64,000 bases of DNA from an uncultured delta proteobacterium (GTDB lineage: Bacteria > Desulfobacterota > Binatia > Binatales > Binataceae). How positions within the stretch are numbered: position 1 is the stretch's first letter; each line of letters opens with the position of its first letter. A model generated the notes under the pieces. That model made no database searches and had not been told where the DNA came from. It saw nothing but the letters and a program-made list of their open reading frames with translations. Both the position numbers and the translations under genes were made by a program. The stretch spans positions 1,344,001-1,408,000 of the forward strand of contig CAVRVY010000001.1 of the NCBI GenBank assembly GCA_963724765.1, given 5' to 3'. Below, piece by piece: positions 61,372 through 64,000 of the stretch.

Positions 61372-63093
61372 TTACAGAATATCTTCCTGAGTGACGCGCA
61401 ACAGTTCTTCGACGGTGGTCTCGCCCAGGAGAATCCGTTGCGCGCCGTTTTGGCGCAAAAGCGTCATCCCGTGCGCGGTGCAGGCGCGTCGGATGGTCGC
61501 CGCGTCCGCCTTCTGCATCACCAACGATCGCACCTCATCGTCCATCAGCATCAACTCCTGGATCGCCATGCGCCCGCGGTACCCAGTGTTGCGGCAAGCC
61601 CGACATCCGTTAGCCGCCGGCCGATAGATTGGCCCCTGCAAAGTTTCGGGGCGCACGCCGATCCGCGCGAGTTCGGTGGCGCTCGGCGTGTAAGGCTCGC
61701 GGCAGGTCGGGCAGACAATGCGCACCAGACGCTGCGCCAGCACGGCCAGGATCGACGAGGAGACCAGGAAGGGCTCGATTCCCATATCGACCAGCCGGGT
61801 CAGCGCGCCGAAAGAGTCGTTGGTGTGCAGCGTCGAGAACACCAGATGGCCGGTCAGTGCGGCGTGGATCGCAATTTCGGCAGTCTCGCTGTCGCGGATT
61901 TCGCCGACCATGATCACGTCGGGGTCCTGGCGCAGGATCGAGCGCAGGCCGCTCGCGAAGGTGAGCTCGATCTTGGGATTGACCTGCATCTGGCCGATAC
62001 CGCGCAACTGGTACTCGATCGGGTCTTCGATCGTGATGATATTTTTCTCGGGCGAATTGATCCGCGCGAGACAAGCGTAGAGCGAAGTAGTCTTGCCCGA
62101 TCCGGTCGGCCCGGTGGCCAAAATGATGCCGTGACTCTGGCGAATCAGCCGGTCGATGCGGGTCAGGTTGTCGCCCGAGAAACCCAGGCGGTCCAGGTTG
62201 AGATCGACCAGCGCCTGCGCGCGATCGAGCAGGCGCAGCACGATCCGCTCGCCGAAGGCGGTCGGGATGGTGGAGACGCGGATGTCGATATCGCGGCCGG
62301 CCACGCGCAGCCGAATACGCCCGTCCTGCGGCAGGCGCTTCTCGGCGATGTTGAGGCCCGCCATGACCTTGACGCGCGAGGTGATCGCCGGCTGGAAACG
62401 CTTGGGCGGCGAGATCACGTCGTAGAGCATGCCGTCGACCCGAAACCGCACCAGCAGGTCGCGCTCGAACGGCTCGACGTGAATATCGCTCGCGCGGTCC
62501 TTGACCGCCTGCGAGAGCAATCCATTGACGAGCTTTATGATCGGCGCGGCGTCGTCGGAATCGAGCAGGTCGAGCGGCTCCTGGGCCAGCTCGTTGGCGA
62601 CCACGTCGAGGCGGTCCTCTTCGAGGTCGATCATCAGGTCCTGCGCGGTGGTGGTGGTGGCTTGGTCGTAGGAGCGATTGATCGCGTCGTTGAGGATCTC
62701 GAGCGGCACGACGACCGGATGCACTGGCATCCCGAACAGCATCCGCAGGTCGTCGAGCGGCTCGTAGTTGGAGGGGTCGGCGATCGCTACGGTCACGCTA
62801 TGGCCATCGCCGTTGAGTGGCAGCACGCCATTCTTCTTGGCGTAATTGATCGGCACCTTGCCGAGCAGCGCCGAATCGATCGCGTGCTCGTCGACGTGGG
62901 CCTGAAAAGGAAGCCAGTATTCCTGGGCGATCGCGCGCGCCAGGCGCTGCGGCTCCAGCGCGCCCATGTCGACCAGCACGTCGGCCAAATCCTGGCCGGG
63001 CTTCTTGCGCTGGCGGGCACGCTCGAGGTCCTGCTCGGATACCCACGAGCGATCCAGCAGGATTGACTCGAAACTTTTTTTCGCAGTCGCCAT
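61372..63093 (-). CDS. gspE: Type II secretion ATPase E
   Basis: ASDIHVEP, RLPQDGRI, GPTGSGKTT, IEDPIE, LRQDPDVIMVGEIRD, TGHLVFSTLHTN, two CxxC. Confidence 0.96.
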   Translation of the reverse strand: MATAKKSFESILLDRSWVSEQDLERARQRKKPGQDLADVLVDMGALEPQRLARAIAQEYWLPFQAHVDEHAIDSALLGKVPINYAKKNGVLPLNGDGHSVTVAIADPSNYEPLDDLRMLFGMPVHPVVVPLEILNDAINRSYDQATTTTAQDLMIDLEEDRLDVVANELAQEPLDLLDSDDAAPIIKLVNGLLSQAVKDRASDIHVEPFERDLLVRFRVDGMLYDVISPPKRFQPAITSRVKVMAGLNIAEKRLPQDGRIRLRVAGRDIDIRVSTIPTAFGERIVLRLLDRAQALVDLNLDRLGFSGDNLTRIDRLIRQSHGIILATGPTGSGKTTSLYACLARINSPEKNIITIEDPIEYQLRGIGQMQVNPKIELTFASGLRSILRQDPDVIMVGEIRDSETAEIAIHAALTGHLVFSTLHTNDSFGALTRLVDMGIEPFLVSSSILAVLAQRLVRIVCPTCREPYTPSATELARIGVRPETLQGPIYRPAANGCRACRNTGYRGRMAIQELMLMDDEVRSLVMQKADAATIRRACTAHGMTLLRQNGAQRILLGETTVEELLRVTQEDIL

Positions 63094-63325
63094 CAGACTA
63101 AACTCATCGCCAGCTTCCCGCCGCCCCTTGCTGTTATCGCGGGGCGTTTATAGCCCTGCCAGACTTACCCATCCCGGGGCGCCGGTTACACGTCCGCCAT
63201 CTTCAATTAGACATGATGGCTCGGTCGGGTTGCAACATGCCCGCTTGGATCGGCGCGTTGCGGTCCTTCGGGCCGGCTTTGCGAAGCTGCGAGCGGGTTC
63301 CCAAGCCTTCTCGGCGGCGCATAGT

Positions 63326-63748
63326 CTAGTAATGACGCTGGTTGCCGGTGGTCGAGCCTGGGCCTGCGACGCCAAAACTGAGCCCCGGGCCACCCTTCTT
63401 GGAGGGCATCGTGTGGGTCGCCTCCTTCCACGAGGTCAACTTGCCATCGACGAAAGTCAGATCGACGAACTCACCCTGGTCGCCCTCCTTGGTGTTGGTG
63501 TAGAGGATGGTTGCGGCGACGTCATTGGTGTTGGAGCGCTTGGCGTAGCTCCAGATCTCGGTGCTCTGGTCGGCGTCCTTGCGCAAATCGGGCTCGCCCC
63601 ATTGCTGATGCACGGCGACGGCGCTTTCGCCGACCTTGAGGTCGCGCTGCATGCGCGCGGCGCGCACCTCGGTCGAGGCCTGGTAGGCGACGCCGCATCC
63701 GCTCACCACCAGCGCGAGAGCGGCGACGAAATACAATCGGAGTTCCAT
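63326..63748 (-). CDS. Small lipoprotein, SmpA/BamE-like fold
   Basis: Lipobox LVVSG-C; LKVGES...WGEPD...EIWSY...LTFVDGKL. Confidence 0.65.
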   Translation of the reverse strand: MELRLYFVAALALVVSGCGVAYQASTEVRAARMQRDLKVGESAVAVHQQWGEPDLRKDADQSTEIWSYAKRSNTNDVAATILYTNTKEGDQGEFVDLTFVDGKLTSWKEATHTMPSKKGGPGLSFGVAGPGSTTGNQRHY

Positions 63749-63851
63749 GACGCAAAATTTCGTCATCATCCGAGCCCGAAGTCAACTTGCGGACCCGAAC
63801 TTAACTTGAGGTCCGAAGAGAACTCGCTTCGCTCAAAAAATTCACAAACTC

Positions 63852-64000
63852 TCAAACGAAAATGTCCACCGGGAAGCCGCGGTCGTTGATGAAGCTGCCC
63901 ATCTCGGCCATTGCGAAGGTCCGGCCGGCGCGCTGCGGATTGTTGAGCGCGTGGGCGCGGATCGCATGCACGTCGCGGAAATAGCGCTGGATCGGATTGT
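63852..64000 (-). CDS. C-terminus of an acyl-CoA-dehydrogenase-like flavin monooxygenase (HsaA-like), partial
   Basis: Hand translation: NPIQRYFRDVHAIRAHALNNPQRAGRTFAMAEMG...DIFV-stop. Confidence 0.75.
   Translation of the reverse strand, partial: NPIQRYFRDVHAIRAHALNNPQRAGRTFAMAEMGSFINDRGFPVDIFV

Overview
High-GC bacterial chromosomal window with about 55 genes, one tRNA and no CRISPR array, rRNA, transposase or integrase. Gene content (Deltaproteobacteria-like T2SS, several LLM oxidoreductases, Cys-rich lipoproteins) suggests a diderm soil lineage such as Candidatus Binatota; this is inference only. Left to right: partial EmrA/HlyD adaptor; a lipoprotein and a Cys-rich DUF4382-like secreted protein split at a homopolymer; VWA-TM-FHA protein; ilvB; CMD protein; D-aminoacylase-family amidohydrolase; AHL-lactonase-like MBL; DUF309; ssb; rnj-ftsK-lolA-rimO-dksA; divergent Mrp ATPase; a seven-gene minus-strand lipid cluster (TetR, HAD-IB, LarA-like, ElbD-like FAR-ACS-ACP-acyltransferase, DSP phosphatase, Pcs-like synthase, 619-aa unknown); lipoprotein; orphan Flp pilin; gnd-zwf-tal-pgi-mpg; tRNA-Arg(UCG) followed by a lower-GC patch of small unknown genes; LLM; nadE; NDT-like; lptB; clpP; DyP plus family 1 encapsulin; LLM; NirK-like protein with a His-to-Gln change; USP; LLM; alpha/beta hydrolase; gspE-N without gspC/D; lipoprotein; partial HsaA-like monooxygenase. 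The best candidate for an undescribed system is the ElbD-type ether-lipid operon extended by a phosphatase/Pcs/unknown head-group module (20106-31079). All calls come from reading motifs by eye; no database searches were run.
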